A stretch of 64,000 nucleotides of DNA from Eledone cirrhosa (taxonomy: Eukaryota). The position numbers were made by a program, and so were the translations under genes. The stretch spans positions 141,918,001-141,982,000 of the forward strand of contig OZ024743.1 of the NCBI GenBank assembly GCA_964016885.1, written 5' to 3'. Positions 23,401 through 34,900 of this stretch are shown piece by piece (positions within the stretch are counted from its first letter, which is position 1; the number at the start of each line of letters is the position of its first letter). A model generated the notes under the pieces. It saw nothing but the letters and a program-made list of their open reading frames with translations, was not told where the DNA came from and did no database searches.

Positions 23401-25900
23401 TTGCTGTTTGGTGTCTGCTTTTTGGTGTTTGGTGTTTGGTGTATGGTGTTTGCTGTTTCGTGTTTGGTGTTTGCTGTTTGGTGTTTGGTGTTTGCTGTTT
23501 GGTGTTTGGTCTTTGGTGCTTGGTGTTTGGTGCTTGGTGCTTGGTGTTTGGTGTTTGGTGCTTGGTGCTTGGTGCTTCGTGTTTGGTGTTTGGTGCTTGG
23601 TGTCTGGAGCTTGGTGTTTGGTGTTTGGTGCTTGGTGTTTGGTGTTTGGTGCTTGGTGCTTGGTGTTTGGTGCTTGGTTCTTGGTGTTTGGTGCTTGGTG
23701 TTTGGTGCTTGGTGCTTGGTGTTTGGTGCTTGGTGCTTGGTGTTTGGTGTTTGGTGCTTGGTGCTTGGTGCTTGGTGTTTGATGTTTGGTGCTTGGTGCT
23801 TGGTGTTTGGTGTTTGGTTCTTGGTGCTTGGTATTTGGTGCTTGGTGCTTGCTGCTTGGTGTTTGGTGCTTGGTGTTTGGTGTTTGCTGCTTGGTGCTTG
23901 GGGCTTGGTGTTTGGTACTTGGTGCTTGGTGCTTGGTGTTTGGTGCTTGGTGCTTGGTGTATGGTGTTTGGTGTTTGGTGCTTGGTGTTTGGTGTTTGGT
24001 GCTTGGTGCTTGGTGTTTGTTGCTTGGTACTTGGTTCATGGTGTTTGGTGCTGGGTGCTTGGTGTTTGGTGCTTGGTGCTTGGTGTTTGGTGTTTGGTGC
24101 TTGGTGTTTGGTGTTTGGTGCTTGGTGCTTGGTGTTTGTTGCTTGGTACTTGGTGCATGGTGTTTGGTGCTGGGTGCTTGGTGTTTGGTGCTTGGTGTTT
24201 GGTGCTTGGTGCTTGGTGTTTGGTGTTTGGTGTTTGATGCTTGGTGCTTGGTGCTTGGTGTTTGGTGCTTGGTGTTTGTACTTGGTGCTTGGTGTTTTGT
24301 GCTTGGTTATTTGTGTTTGGTGTTTGGTGCTTGGTGCTTGGTGCTTGGTGTTAGGTGTTTGGAGCTTGGTGCTTGGTGTTTGGTGTTTGGTCCTTGGTGC
24401 TTGGTGTTTAGTGCTTGGTGCTTGGTGTTTGTTGTTTGGTGCTTTCTGCTTGCTGCTTGGCGTTTGGTGCTTGGTGCTTGGTGCTTGGTGTTTGGTGTTT
24501 GGTGCTAGGTGCTTGGTGTTTGGTGTTTGGTGTTTGATGCTTGGTGTTTGGTGCTTGGTGTTTGGTGTTTTGTGCTTGGTGCTTGGGGCTTGGTGTTTAG
24601 TGCTTGGTGCTTGGTGCTTGGTGTTTGGTGGTTGGTGCTTGGTGTTTGGTGTTTGGTGTTTGGTGCTTGGTGGTTGGTGTTTGGTGCTTGGTGCTTGGTG
24701 CTGGGTGGTTGGTATTTGGTGCTTGGTGCTTGGTGTTTGGTGCTTGGTGCTTGGTGCTTGGTGTTTGGTGCTTGGTGCTTGGTGCTTGGTCTTTGGTGCT
24801 TGGTGTTTGGTGCTTGGTGCTTGGTGCTTGGTGTTTGGTGCTTGGTGATTAGTGTTTGGTGCTTGGTGCTTGGGGTTTGGTGTTTGGTGCTTGGTACTTG
24901 GTGTTTGGTGCTTGGTGTTTGGTGTTTGCTGTTTGGTGTTTGCTGTTTGCTGTTTGCTGTTTGCTGTTTGCTTTTTGGTGTTTGGTGTTTGCTGTATGGT
25001 GTTTGCTGTTTGGTGTTTGGTGTTTGCTGTTTGGTGTTTGGTGTTTGCTGTTTGGTAATTGGTGCTTGGTGTTTGGTGCTTGGTGCTTGGTGTTTGGTGT
25101 TTGGTGCTTGGTGCTTGGTGTTTGGTGTTTGTTGCTTGGTGCTTGGTGCTTGGTGTTTGGTGTTTGGTGTTTGGTGCTTGGTGTCTGGTGTTTGGTGTTT
25201 GGTGTTTGGTGCTTGTTGCTTGGTGCTTGGTGCTTGGGGTTTGGTTCTTGGTTCTTGGTGTTTGGTACTTGGTGCTTGGTGTTTGGTGCTGGGTGCTTGG
25301 TGTTTGGTGCTTGGTGCTTGGTGCTTGCTGTTTGGTGTTTGGTGCTTGGTGCTTGGTGTTTGGTGTTTGGTGTTATATGCTTGGTGTTTGATGCTTGGTG
25401 CTTGGTGCTTGGTATTTGGTGTTTGGTGCTTGGTGTTTGTACTTGGTGCTTGGTTCTTGGTTCTTGGTGCTTGGTGCTTGGTGCTTGGTGCTTGGTGCTT
25501 GGTGTTTGGTGCTTGGTGTTTGGTGCTTGGTGTTTGGTGCTTGGTGCCTGGTGCTTGGTGCTTGGTGCTTGGTGTTTGGTGCTTGGTGTTTGGTGCTTGG
25601 TGTTAGGTGTTTGGTGCTTGGTGCTTGGTGTTTGGTGTTTGGTGCTTGGTGTTTGGTGCTTGGTGCTTGGTGTTTGGTGTTTGGTGCTTGGTGTTTGGTG
25701 CTTGGTACTTGGTGCTTGGTGCTTGGTGTTAGGTGTTTGGTGCTTGGTGCTTGGTGTTTGGTTTTTGGTGCTTGGTGCTTGGTGTTTGGTGTTTGGTGCT
25801 TGCTGCTGGCTGCTTGGTGTTTGGTGCTTGGTGATTGGTGCTTGGTGTTTGGTGCTTGGTGTTTGGTGTTTGGTACTAGGTGCTTGGTGTTTGGTGTTTG
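20234..25900 (+). repeat. Tandem duplication, 2776-bp unit (about 20234-23009 and 23010 onward); the copies differ by a 126-bp indel near 25555
   Basis: ORF pairs at +2776 (20544/23320, 21010/23786, 21733/24509, 22076/24852, 22619/25395). TTGTAC at 20409 and 23185. The offset becomes 2902 after about 25555 (landmarks 22805/25707, 22973/25875). Confidence 0.9.
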
Positions 25901-28900
25901 GTGTTTGGTGCTTGGTGTTTGGTGTTTGGTGTTTGGTGCTTGGTGCTTGGTGCTTGGTGCTGGGTGGTTGGTGTTTGGTGCTTGGTGATTAGTGTTTGGT
26001 GCTAGGTGCTTGGGGTTTGGTGTTTGGTGCTTGGTGCTTGGTGTTTGGTGCTTGGTGCTTGGTGTTTGGTGCTTGGTGCTTGGTGTTTGCTGTTTGCTGT
26101 TTGCTGTTTGGTGTTTGTTGTTTGGTGTTTGTTGATTGGTGTTTGCTGTTTGGTGCTTGGTGCTTGGTCTTTGGTGCTTGGTGTTTGGTGTTTGGTGCTT
26201 GGTGCTTTGTGTTTGGTGCTTGGTGATTAGTGTTTGGTGCTTGGTTCTTGGGGTTTGGTGTTTGGTGCTTGGTACTTGGTGTTTGGTGCTTGGTGTTTGG
26301 TGTTTGCTGTTTGGTGTTTGGTGTTTGGTGTTTGCTGTATGGTGTTTGCTGTTTCGTGTTTGGTGTTTGCTGTTTGCTGTTTGGTGTTTGCTGTTTGGTG
26401 TTTGGTCTTTGGTGCTTGGTGTTTGGTGCTTGGTGCTTGGTGTATGGTGTTTGGTGCTTGGTGTTTGGTGTTTGGTGCTTGGTGCTTGGTGCTTGGTGTT
26501 TGGTGTTTGGTGTTTGGTGCTTGGTGTCTGGTGCTTGGTGTTTGGTGTTTGGTGTTTGGTGCTTGGTGTTTGGTGTTTGGTGTTTGGTGTTTGGTGCTTG
26601 TTGCTTGGTACTTGGTGCTTGGTGTTTGGTGCTTGGTGCTTGGTGTTTGGTGCTGGGTGCTTGGTGTTTGGTGCTTGGTGCTTGGTGCTTGGTGTTTGGT
26701 GTTTGGTGCTTGGTGCTTGGTGCTTGGTGTTTGGTGTTTGGTGCTTGGTGTTTTATGCTTGGTGTTTGATATTTGGTGCTTGGTGCTTGGTGTTTGGTGC
26801 TTGGTGCTTGGTGTTTGTACTTGGTGCTTGGTGCTTGGTTCTTGGTGTTTGGTGCTTGGTGCTTGGTGCTTGGTGCTTGGTGTTTGGTGCTTGGTGTTTG
26901 GTGCTTGGTGTTTGGTGCTTGGTGCCTGGTGCTTGGTGCTTGGTGCTTGGTGTTTGGTGCTTGGTGTTTGGTGCTTGGTATTAGGTGTTTGGTGCTTGGT
27001 GCTTGGTGTTTGGTGTTTGGTGCTTGGTGTTTGGTGCTTGGTGCTTGGTGTTTGGTGTTTGGTGCTTGGTGTTTGGTGCTTGGTACTTGGTGCTTGGTGC
27101 TTGGTGTTAGGTGTTTGGTGCTTGGTGCTTGGTGTTTGGTTTTTGGTGCTTGGTGCTTGGTGTTCGGTGTTTGGTGCTTGCTGCTGGCTGCTTGTTGTTT
27201 GGTGCTTGGTGATTGGTGCTTGGTGTTTGGTGCTTGGTGTTTGGTGTTTGGTACTAGGTGCTTGGTGCTTGGTGTTTGGTGCTTGGTGCTTGGTGTTTGG
27301 TGTTTGGTGCTTGGTGCTTGGTGTTTGGTGCTTGGTGCTGGGTGCTGGGTGGTTGGTGTTTGGTGTTTGGTGTTTGGTGCTGGGTGCTTGGTGTTTGGTG
27401 CTTGGTGCTTGGTCTTTGGTGTTTGGTGTTTGGTGTTTGGTGCTTGGTGCTTGGTGCTTGGTGTTTGGTGCTTGGTGCTTGGTGTTTGGTGCTTGGTGCT
27501 TAGTGTTTGGTGCTAGGTGCTTGGGGTTTGGTGTTTGGTTCTTGGTGCTTGGTGTTTGGTGCTTGGTGCTTGGTGTTTGGTGCTTGGTGCTTGGTGCTTG
27601 GTGTTTGGTGTTTGGTGTTTGCTGTTTGGTGTTTGGTGTTTGGTGTTTGCTGTTTGGTGTCTGCTTTTTGGTGTTTGGTGTTGGCTGTATGTTATTTGCT
27701 GTTTGGTGTTTGGTATTTGGTGTTTGGTGCTTGGTGCTTGGTGTTTGGTGTTTGGTGCTTGGTGCTTGGAGTTTGGTGTTTGGTGCTTGGTGCTTGGTGT
27801 TTTGTGTTTGGTGTTTGGTTTTTGGTGCTTGGTGCTTGGTGCTTGTTGCTTGGTCCTTGGTGTTTGGTGCTTGGTGCTTGGTGTTTGTACTTGGTGCTTG
27901 GTGCTTGGTGTTTGGTTCTTGGTTCTTGGTGTTTGGTACTTGGTGCTTGGTGCTTGGTGCTTGGTGTTTGGTGTTTGGTGCTTGGTGTTTGGTGCTTGGT
28001 GCTTGGTGCTTGGTGTTAGGTGTTTGGTGCTTGGTGCTTGGCGTTTGGTGCTTGGTGTTTGGTGTTTGCTGTTTGGTGTTTGGTGCTTGGTGTTTGGTGT
28101 TTGCTGTTTGGTGTCTGCTTTTTGGTGTTTGGTGTTTGCTGTATGGTGTTTGCTGTTTCGTGTTTGGTGTTTGCTGTTTGGTGTTTGGTGTTTGCTGTTT
28201 GGTGTTTGGTCTTTGGTGCTTGGTGTTTGGTGCTTGGTGCTTGGTGTTTGGTGTTTGGTGCTTGGTGCTTGGTGCTTCGTGTTTGGTGTTTGGTGCTTGG
28301 TGTCTGGAGCTTGGTGTTTGGTGTTTGGTGCTTGGTGTTTGGTGTTTGGTGCTTGGTGCTTGGTGTTTGGTGCTTGGTGCTTGGTGTTTGTACTTGGTGC
28401 TTGGTGCTTGGTGTTTGGTGCTTGGTTCTTGGTGTTTGGTGCTTGGTGTTTGGTGCTTGGTGCTTGGTGTTTGGTGCTTGGTGCTTGGTGTTTGGTGTTT
28501 GGTGCTTGGTGCTTGGTGCTTGGTGTTTGGTGTTTGGTGCTTGGTGCTTGGTGTTTGGTGTTTGGTTCTTGGTGCTTGGTATTTGGTGCTTGGTGCTTGC
28601 TGCTTGGTGTTTCGTGCTTGGTGATTGATGCTTGGTGTTTGATGCTTGGTGCTTGGTGTTTGGTTTTTGGTGCTAGGTGCTTGGTGCTTGGTGTTTGGTG
28701 CTTGGTGTTTGGTGTTTGCTGCTTGGTGCTTGGGGCTTGGTGTTTGGTACTTGGTGCTTGGTGCTTGGTGTTTGGTGCTTGGTGCTTGGTGTATGGTGTT
28801 TGGTGTTTGGTGCTTGGTGTTTGGTGTTTGGTGCTTGGTGCTTGGTGTTTGTTGCTTGGTACTTGGTTCATGGTGTTTCGTGCTGGGTGCTTGGTGTTTG

Positions 28901-31900
28901 GTGCTTGGTGCTTGGTGTTTGGTGTTTGGTGCTTGGTGTTTGGTGTTTGGTGCTTGGTGCTTGGTGCATGGTGTTTGGTGCTGGGTGCTTGGTGTTTGGT
29001 GCTTGGTGTTTGGTGCTTGGTGCTTGGTGTTTGGTGTTTGGTGTTTGATGCTTGGTGTTTGATGCTTGGTGCTTGGTGATTGGTGTTTGGTGCTTGGTGT
29101 TTGTACTTGGTGCTTGGTGTTTTGTGCTTGGTTCTTTGTGTTTGGTGTTTGGTGCTTGGTGCTTGGTGCTTGGTGTTAGGTGTTTGGTGCTTGGTGCTTG
29201 GTGTTTGGTGTTTGGTCCTTGGTGCTTGGTGTTTAGTGCTTGGTGCTTGGTGTTTGTTGTTTGGTGCTTTCTGCTTGCTGCTTGGCGTTTGGTGCTTGGT
29301 GCTTGGTGCTTGGTGTTTGGTGTTTGGTGCTAGGTGCTTGGTGTTTGGTGTTTGGTGTTTGATGCTTGGTGTTTGGTGCTTGGTGTTTGGTGTTTTGTGC
29401 TTGGTGCTTGGGGCTTGGTGTTTAGTGGTTGGTGCTTGGTGCTTGGTGTTTGGTGCTTGGTGCTTGGTGTTTGGTGTTTGGTGTTTGGTGCTTGGTGCTT
29501 GGTGTTTGGTGCTTGGTGCTTGGTGCTGGGTGGTTGGTATTTGGTGCTTGGTGCTTGGTGTTTCGTGCTTGGTGCTTGGTGCTTGGTGTTTGGTGCTTGG
29601 TGCTTGGTGCTTGGTCTTTGGTGCTTGGTGTTTGGTGCTTGGTGCTTGGTGCTTGGTGTTTGGTGCTTGGTGATTAGTGTTTGGTGCTTGGTGCTTGGGG
29701 TTTGGTGTTTGGTGCTTGGTACTTGGTGTTTGGTGCTTGGTGTTTGGTGTTTGCTGTTTGGTGTTTGGTGTTTGCTGTTTGCTGTTTGCTGTTTGCTTTT
29801 TGGTGTTTGGTGTTTGTTGTATGGTGTTTGCTGTTTGGTGTTTGGTGTTTGCTGTTTGGTGTTTGGTGTTTGCTGTTTGGTCTTTGGTGCTTGGTGTTTG
29901 GTGCTTGGTGCTTGGTGTTTGGTGTTTGGTGCTTGGTGCTTGGTGTTTGGTGTTTGTTGCTTGGTGCTTGGTGCTTGGTGTTTGGTGTTTGGTGTTTGGT
30001 GCTTGGTGTCTGGTGCTTGGTGTTTGGTGTTTGGTGTTTGGTGCTTGGTGCTTGGTGTTTGTTGTTTGGTGCTTTCTGCTTGCTGCTTGGCGTTTGGTGC
30101 TTGGTGCTTGGTGCTTGCTGTTTGGTGTTTGGTGCTTGGTGCTTGGTGTTTGGTGTTTGGTGTTATATGCTTGGTGTTTGATGCTTGGTGCTTGGTGCTT
30201 GGTATTTGGTGTTTGGTGCTTGGTGTTTGTACTTGGTTCTTGGTTCTTTGTTCTTGGTGCTTGGTGCTTGGTGCTGGGTGCTTGGTGCTTGGTGTTTGGT
30301 GCTTGGTGTTTGGTGCTTGGTGTTTGGTGCTTGGTGCCTGGTGCTTGGTGCTTGGTGCTTGGTGTTTGGTGCTTGGTGTTTGGTGCTTGGTGTTAGGTGT
30401 TTGGTGCTTGGTGCTTGGTGTTTGGTGTTTGGTGCTTGGTGTTTGGTGCTTGGTGCTTGGTGTTTGGTGTTTGGTGCTTGGTGTTTGGTGCTTGGTACTT
30501 GGTGCTTGGTGCTTGGTGTTAGGTGTTTGGTGCTTGGTGCTTGGTGTTTGGTGTTTGGTGCTTGCTGCTGGCTGCTTGGTGTTTGGTGCTTGGTGATTGG
30601 CGCTTGGTGTTTGGTGCTTGGTGTTTGGTGTTTGGTACTAGGTGCTTGGTGTTTGGTGTTTGGTGCTTGGTGCTTGGTGTTTGGTGTTTGGTGTTTGGTG
30701 CTTGGTGCTTGGTGCTTGGTGCTGGGTGGTTGGTGTTTGGTGCTTGGTGATTAGTGTTTGGTGCTAGGTGCTTGGGGTTTGGTGTTTGGTGCTTGGTGCT
30801 TGGTGTTTGGTGCTTGGTGCTTGGTGTTTGGTGCTTGGTGCTTGGTGTTTGGTGTTTGCTGTTTGCTGTTTGGTGTTTGTTGATTGGTGTTTGCTGTTTG
30901 GTGTTTGGTATTTGGTGTTTGCTGTTTGGTGTCTGCTTTTTGGTGTTTGGTGTCTGCTGTATGTTGTTTGCTGTTTGGTGTTTGGTGTTTGGTGTTTGGT
31001 GTTTGCTGCTTGGTGCTTGGTGTTTGGTGCTTGGGGCTTGGTGTTTGGTGCCTGGTGCTTGGTACTTGGTTGTTTGGTGTTTGGTGCTTGGTGCTTGGGG
31101 CTTGGAGTTTGGTGTTTGGTGCTTGGTGCTTGGTGTTTGTACTTGGTGCTTGGTGCTTGGTGTTTGGTTCTTGGTTCTTGGTGTTTGGTACTTGGTGCTT
31201 GCTGCTTGGTGCTTGGTGCTTGGTGTTAGGTGTTTGGTGCTTGGTGCTTGGTGTTTGGTGCTTGGTGTTTGCTGTTTGGTGTTTGGTGTTTGGTGTTTGG
31301 TGTTTGCTGTTTGGTGTCTGCTTTTTGGTGTTTGGTGTTTGCTGTATGGTGTTTGCTGTTTCGTGTTTGGTGTTGGCTGTTCGGTGTTTGGTGCTTCGTG
31401 TTTGGTGCTTGGTGTTTGGTGCTTGGTGCCTGGTGCTTGGTGCTTGGTGCTTGCTGCTGGCTGCTTGGTGCTTGGTGTTTGGTGTTTGGTACTAGGTGCT
31501 TGGTGTTTGGTGTTTGGTGCTTGGTGCTTGGTGTTTGGTGTTTGGTGTTTGGTGCTTGGTGCTTGGTGCTTGGTGCTGGGTGGTTGGTGTTTGGTGCTTG
31601 GTGATTAGTGTTTGGTCCTAGGTGCTTGGGGTTTGGTGTTTGGTGCTTGGTGCTTGGTGTTTGGTGCTTGGTGCTTGGTGTTTGGTGCTTGGTGCTTGGT
31701 GTTTGATGTTTGCTGTTTGCTGTTTGGTGTTTGTTGTTTGGTGTTTGTTGATTGGTGTTTGCTGTTTGGTGCTTGGTGCTTGGTCTTTGGTGCTTGGTGT
31801 TTGGTGTTTGGTGCTTCGTGCTTTGTGTTTGGTGCTTGGTGATTAGTGTTTGGTGCTTGGTGCTTGGGGTTTGGTGTTTGGTGCTTGGTACTTGGTGTTT

Positions 31901-34900
31901 GGTGCTTGGTGTTTGGTGTTTGCTGTTTGGTGTTTGGTGTTTGGTGTTTGCTGTATGGTGTTTGCTGTTTCGTGTTTGGTGTTTGCTGTTTGGTGTTTGG
32001 TGTTTGCTGTTTGCTGTTTGGTCTTTGGTGCTGGTGTTTGGTGCTTGGTGTTTGGTGTTTGGTGCTTGGTGTTTGGTGTTTGGTGCTTGGTGCTTGGTGC
32101 TTGGTGTTTGGTGTTTGGTGTTTGGTGCTTGGTGTCTGGTGCTTGGTGTTTGGTGTTTGGTGTTTGGTGCTTGGTGTTTGGTGTTTGGTGTTTGGTGCTT
32201 GGTGCTTGTTGCTTGGTGTTTGATGCTTGGTGTTTGGTGCTTGGTGTTTGGTGTTTTGTGCTTGGTGCTTGGGGCTTGGTGTTTAGTGCTTGGTGCTTGG
32301 TGCTTGGTGTTTGGTGGTTGGTGCTTGGTGTTTGGTGTTTGGTGTTTGGTGCTTGGTGCTTGGTGTTTGGTGCTTGGTGCTTGGTGCTGGGTGGTTGGTA
32401 TTTGGTGCTTGGTGTTTGGTGCTTGGTGCTTGGTGCTTGGTGTTTGGTGCTTGGTGCTTGGTGCTTGGTCTTTGGTGCTTGGTGTTTGGTGCTTGGTGCT
32501 TGGTGCTTGGTGTTTGGTGCTTGGTGATTAGTGCTTGGTGCTTGGTGCTTGGGGTTTGGTGTTTGGTGCTTGGTACTTGGTGTTTGGTGCTTGGTGTTTG
32601 GTGTTTGCTGTTTGGTGTTTGGTGTTTGCTGTTTGCTGTTTGCTGTTTGCTTTTTGGTGTTTGGTGTTTGCTGTATGGTGTTTGCTGTTTGGTGTTTGGT
32701 GTTTGCTGTTTGGTGTTTGGTGTTTGCTGTTTGGTATTTGGTGCTTGGTGTTTGGTGCTTGGTGCTTGGTGTTTGGTGTTTGGTGCTTGGTGCTTGGTGT
32801 TTGGTGTTTGTTGCTTGGTGCTTGGTGCTTGGTGTTTGGTGTTTGGTGTTTGGTGCTTGGTGTCTGGTGTTTGGTGTTTGGTGTTTGGTGCTTGTTGCTT
32901 GGTGCTTGGTGCTTGGGGTTTGGTTCTTGGTTCTTGGTGTTTGGTACTTGGTGCTTGGTGTTTGGTGCTGGGTGCTTGGTGTTTGGTGCTTGGTGCTTGG
33001 TGCTTGCTGTTTGGTGTTTGGTGCTTGGTGCTTGGTGTTTGGTGTTTGGTGTTATATGCTTGGTGTTTGATGCTTGGTGCTTGGTGCTTGGTATTTGGTG
33101 TTTGGTGCTTGGTGTTTGTACTTGGTGCTTGGTTCTTGGTTCTTGGTGCTTGGTGCTTGGTGCTTGGTGCTTGGTGCTTGGTGTTTGGTGCTTGGTGTTT
33201 GGTGCTTGGTGTTTGGTGCTTGGTGCCTGGTGCTTGGTGCTTGGTGCTTGGTGTTTGGTGCTTGGTGTTTGGTGCTTGGTGTTAGGTGTTTGGTGCTTGG
33301 TGCTTGGTGTTTGGTGTTTGGTGCTTGGTGTTTGGTGCTTGGTGCTTGGTGTTTGGTGTTTGGTGCTTGGTGTTTGGTGCTTGGTACTTGGTGCTTGGTG
33401 CTTGGTGTTAGGTGTTTGGTGCTTGGTGCTTGGTTTTTGGTGCTTGGTGCTTGGTGTTTGGTGTTTGGTGCTTGCTGCTGGCTGCTTGGTGTTTGGTGCT
33501 TGGTGATTGGTGCTTGGTGTTTGGTGCTTGGTGTTTGGTGTTTGGTACTAGGTGCTTGGTGTTTGGTGTTTGGTGTTTGGTGCTTGGTGTTTGGTGTTTG
33601 GTGTTTGGTGCTTGGTGCTTGGTGCTTGGTGCTGGGTGGTTGGTGTTTGGTGCTTGGTGATTAGTGTTTGGTGCTAGGTGCTTGGGGTTTGGTGTTTGGT
33701 GCTTGGTGCTTGGTGTTTGGTGCTTGGTGCTTGGTGTTTGGTGCTTGGTGCTTGGTGTTTGCTGTTTGCTGTTTGCTGTTTGGTGTTTGTTGTTTGGTGT
33801 TTGTTGATTGGTGTTTGCTGTTTGGTGCTTGGTGCTTGGTCTTTGGTGCTTGGTGTTTGGTGTTTGGTGCTTGGTGCTTTGTGTTTGGTGCTTGGTGATT
33901 AGTGTTTGGTGCTTGGTGCTTGGGGTTTGGTGTTTGGTGCTTGGTACTTGGTGTTTGGTGCTTGGTGTTTGGTGTTTGCTGTTTGGTGTTTGGTGTTTGG
34001 TGTTTGCTGTATGGTGTTTGCTGTTTCGTGTTTGGTGTTTGCTGTTTGGTGTTTGGTGTTTGCTGTTTGGTGTTTGGTCTTTGGTGCTTGGTGTTTGGTG
34101 CTTGGTGCTTGGTGTATGGTGTTTGGTGCTTGGTGTTTGGTGTTTGGTGCTTGGTGCTTGGTGCTTGGTGTTTGGTGTTTGGTGTTTGGTGCTTGGTGTC
34201 TGGTGCTTGGTGTTTGGTGTTTGGTGTTTGGTGCTTGGTGTTTGGTGTTTGGTGTTTGGTGTTTGGTGCTTGTTGCTTGGTACTTGGTGCTTGGTGTTTG
34301 GTGCTTGGTGCTTGGTGTTTGGTGCTGGGTGCTTGGTGTTTGGTGCTTGGTGCTTGGTGCTTGGTGTTTGGTGTTTGGTGCTTGGTGCTTGGTGCTTGGT
34401 GTTTGGTGTTTGCTGCTTGGTGTTTTATGCTTGGTGTTTGATATTTGGTGCTTGGTGCTTGGTGTTTGGTGCTTGGTGCTTGGTGTTTGTACTTGGTGCT
34501 TGGTGCTTGGTTCTTAGTGTTTGGTGCTTGGTGCTTGGTGCTTGGTGCTTGGTGTTTGGTGCTTGGTGTTTGGTGCTTGGTGTTTGGTGCTTGGTGCCTG
34601 GTGCTTGGTGCTTGGTGCTTGGTGTTTGGTGCTTGGTGTTTGGTGCTTGGTATTAGGTGTTTGGTGCTTGGTGCTTGGTGTTTGGTGTTTGGTGCTTGGT
34701 GTTTGGTGCTTGGTGCTTGGTGTTTGGTGTTTGGTGCTTGGTGTTTGGTGCTTGGTACTTGGTGCTTGGTGCTTGGTGTTAGGTGTTTGGTGCTTGGTGC
34801 TTGGTGTTTGGTTTTTGGTGCTTGGTGCTTGGTGTTCGGTGTTTTGTGCTTGCTGCTGGCTGCTTGGTGTTTGGTGCTTGGTGATTGGTGCTTGGTGTTT

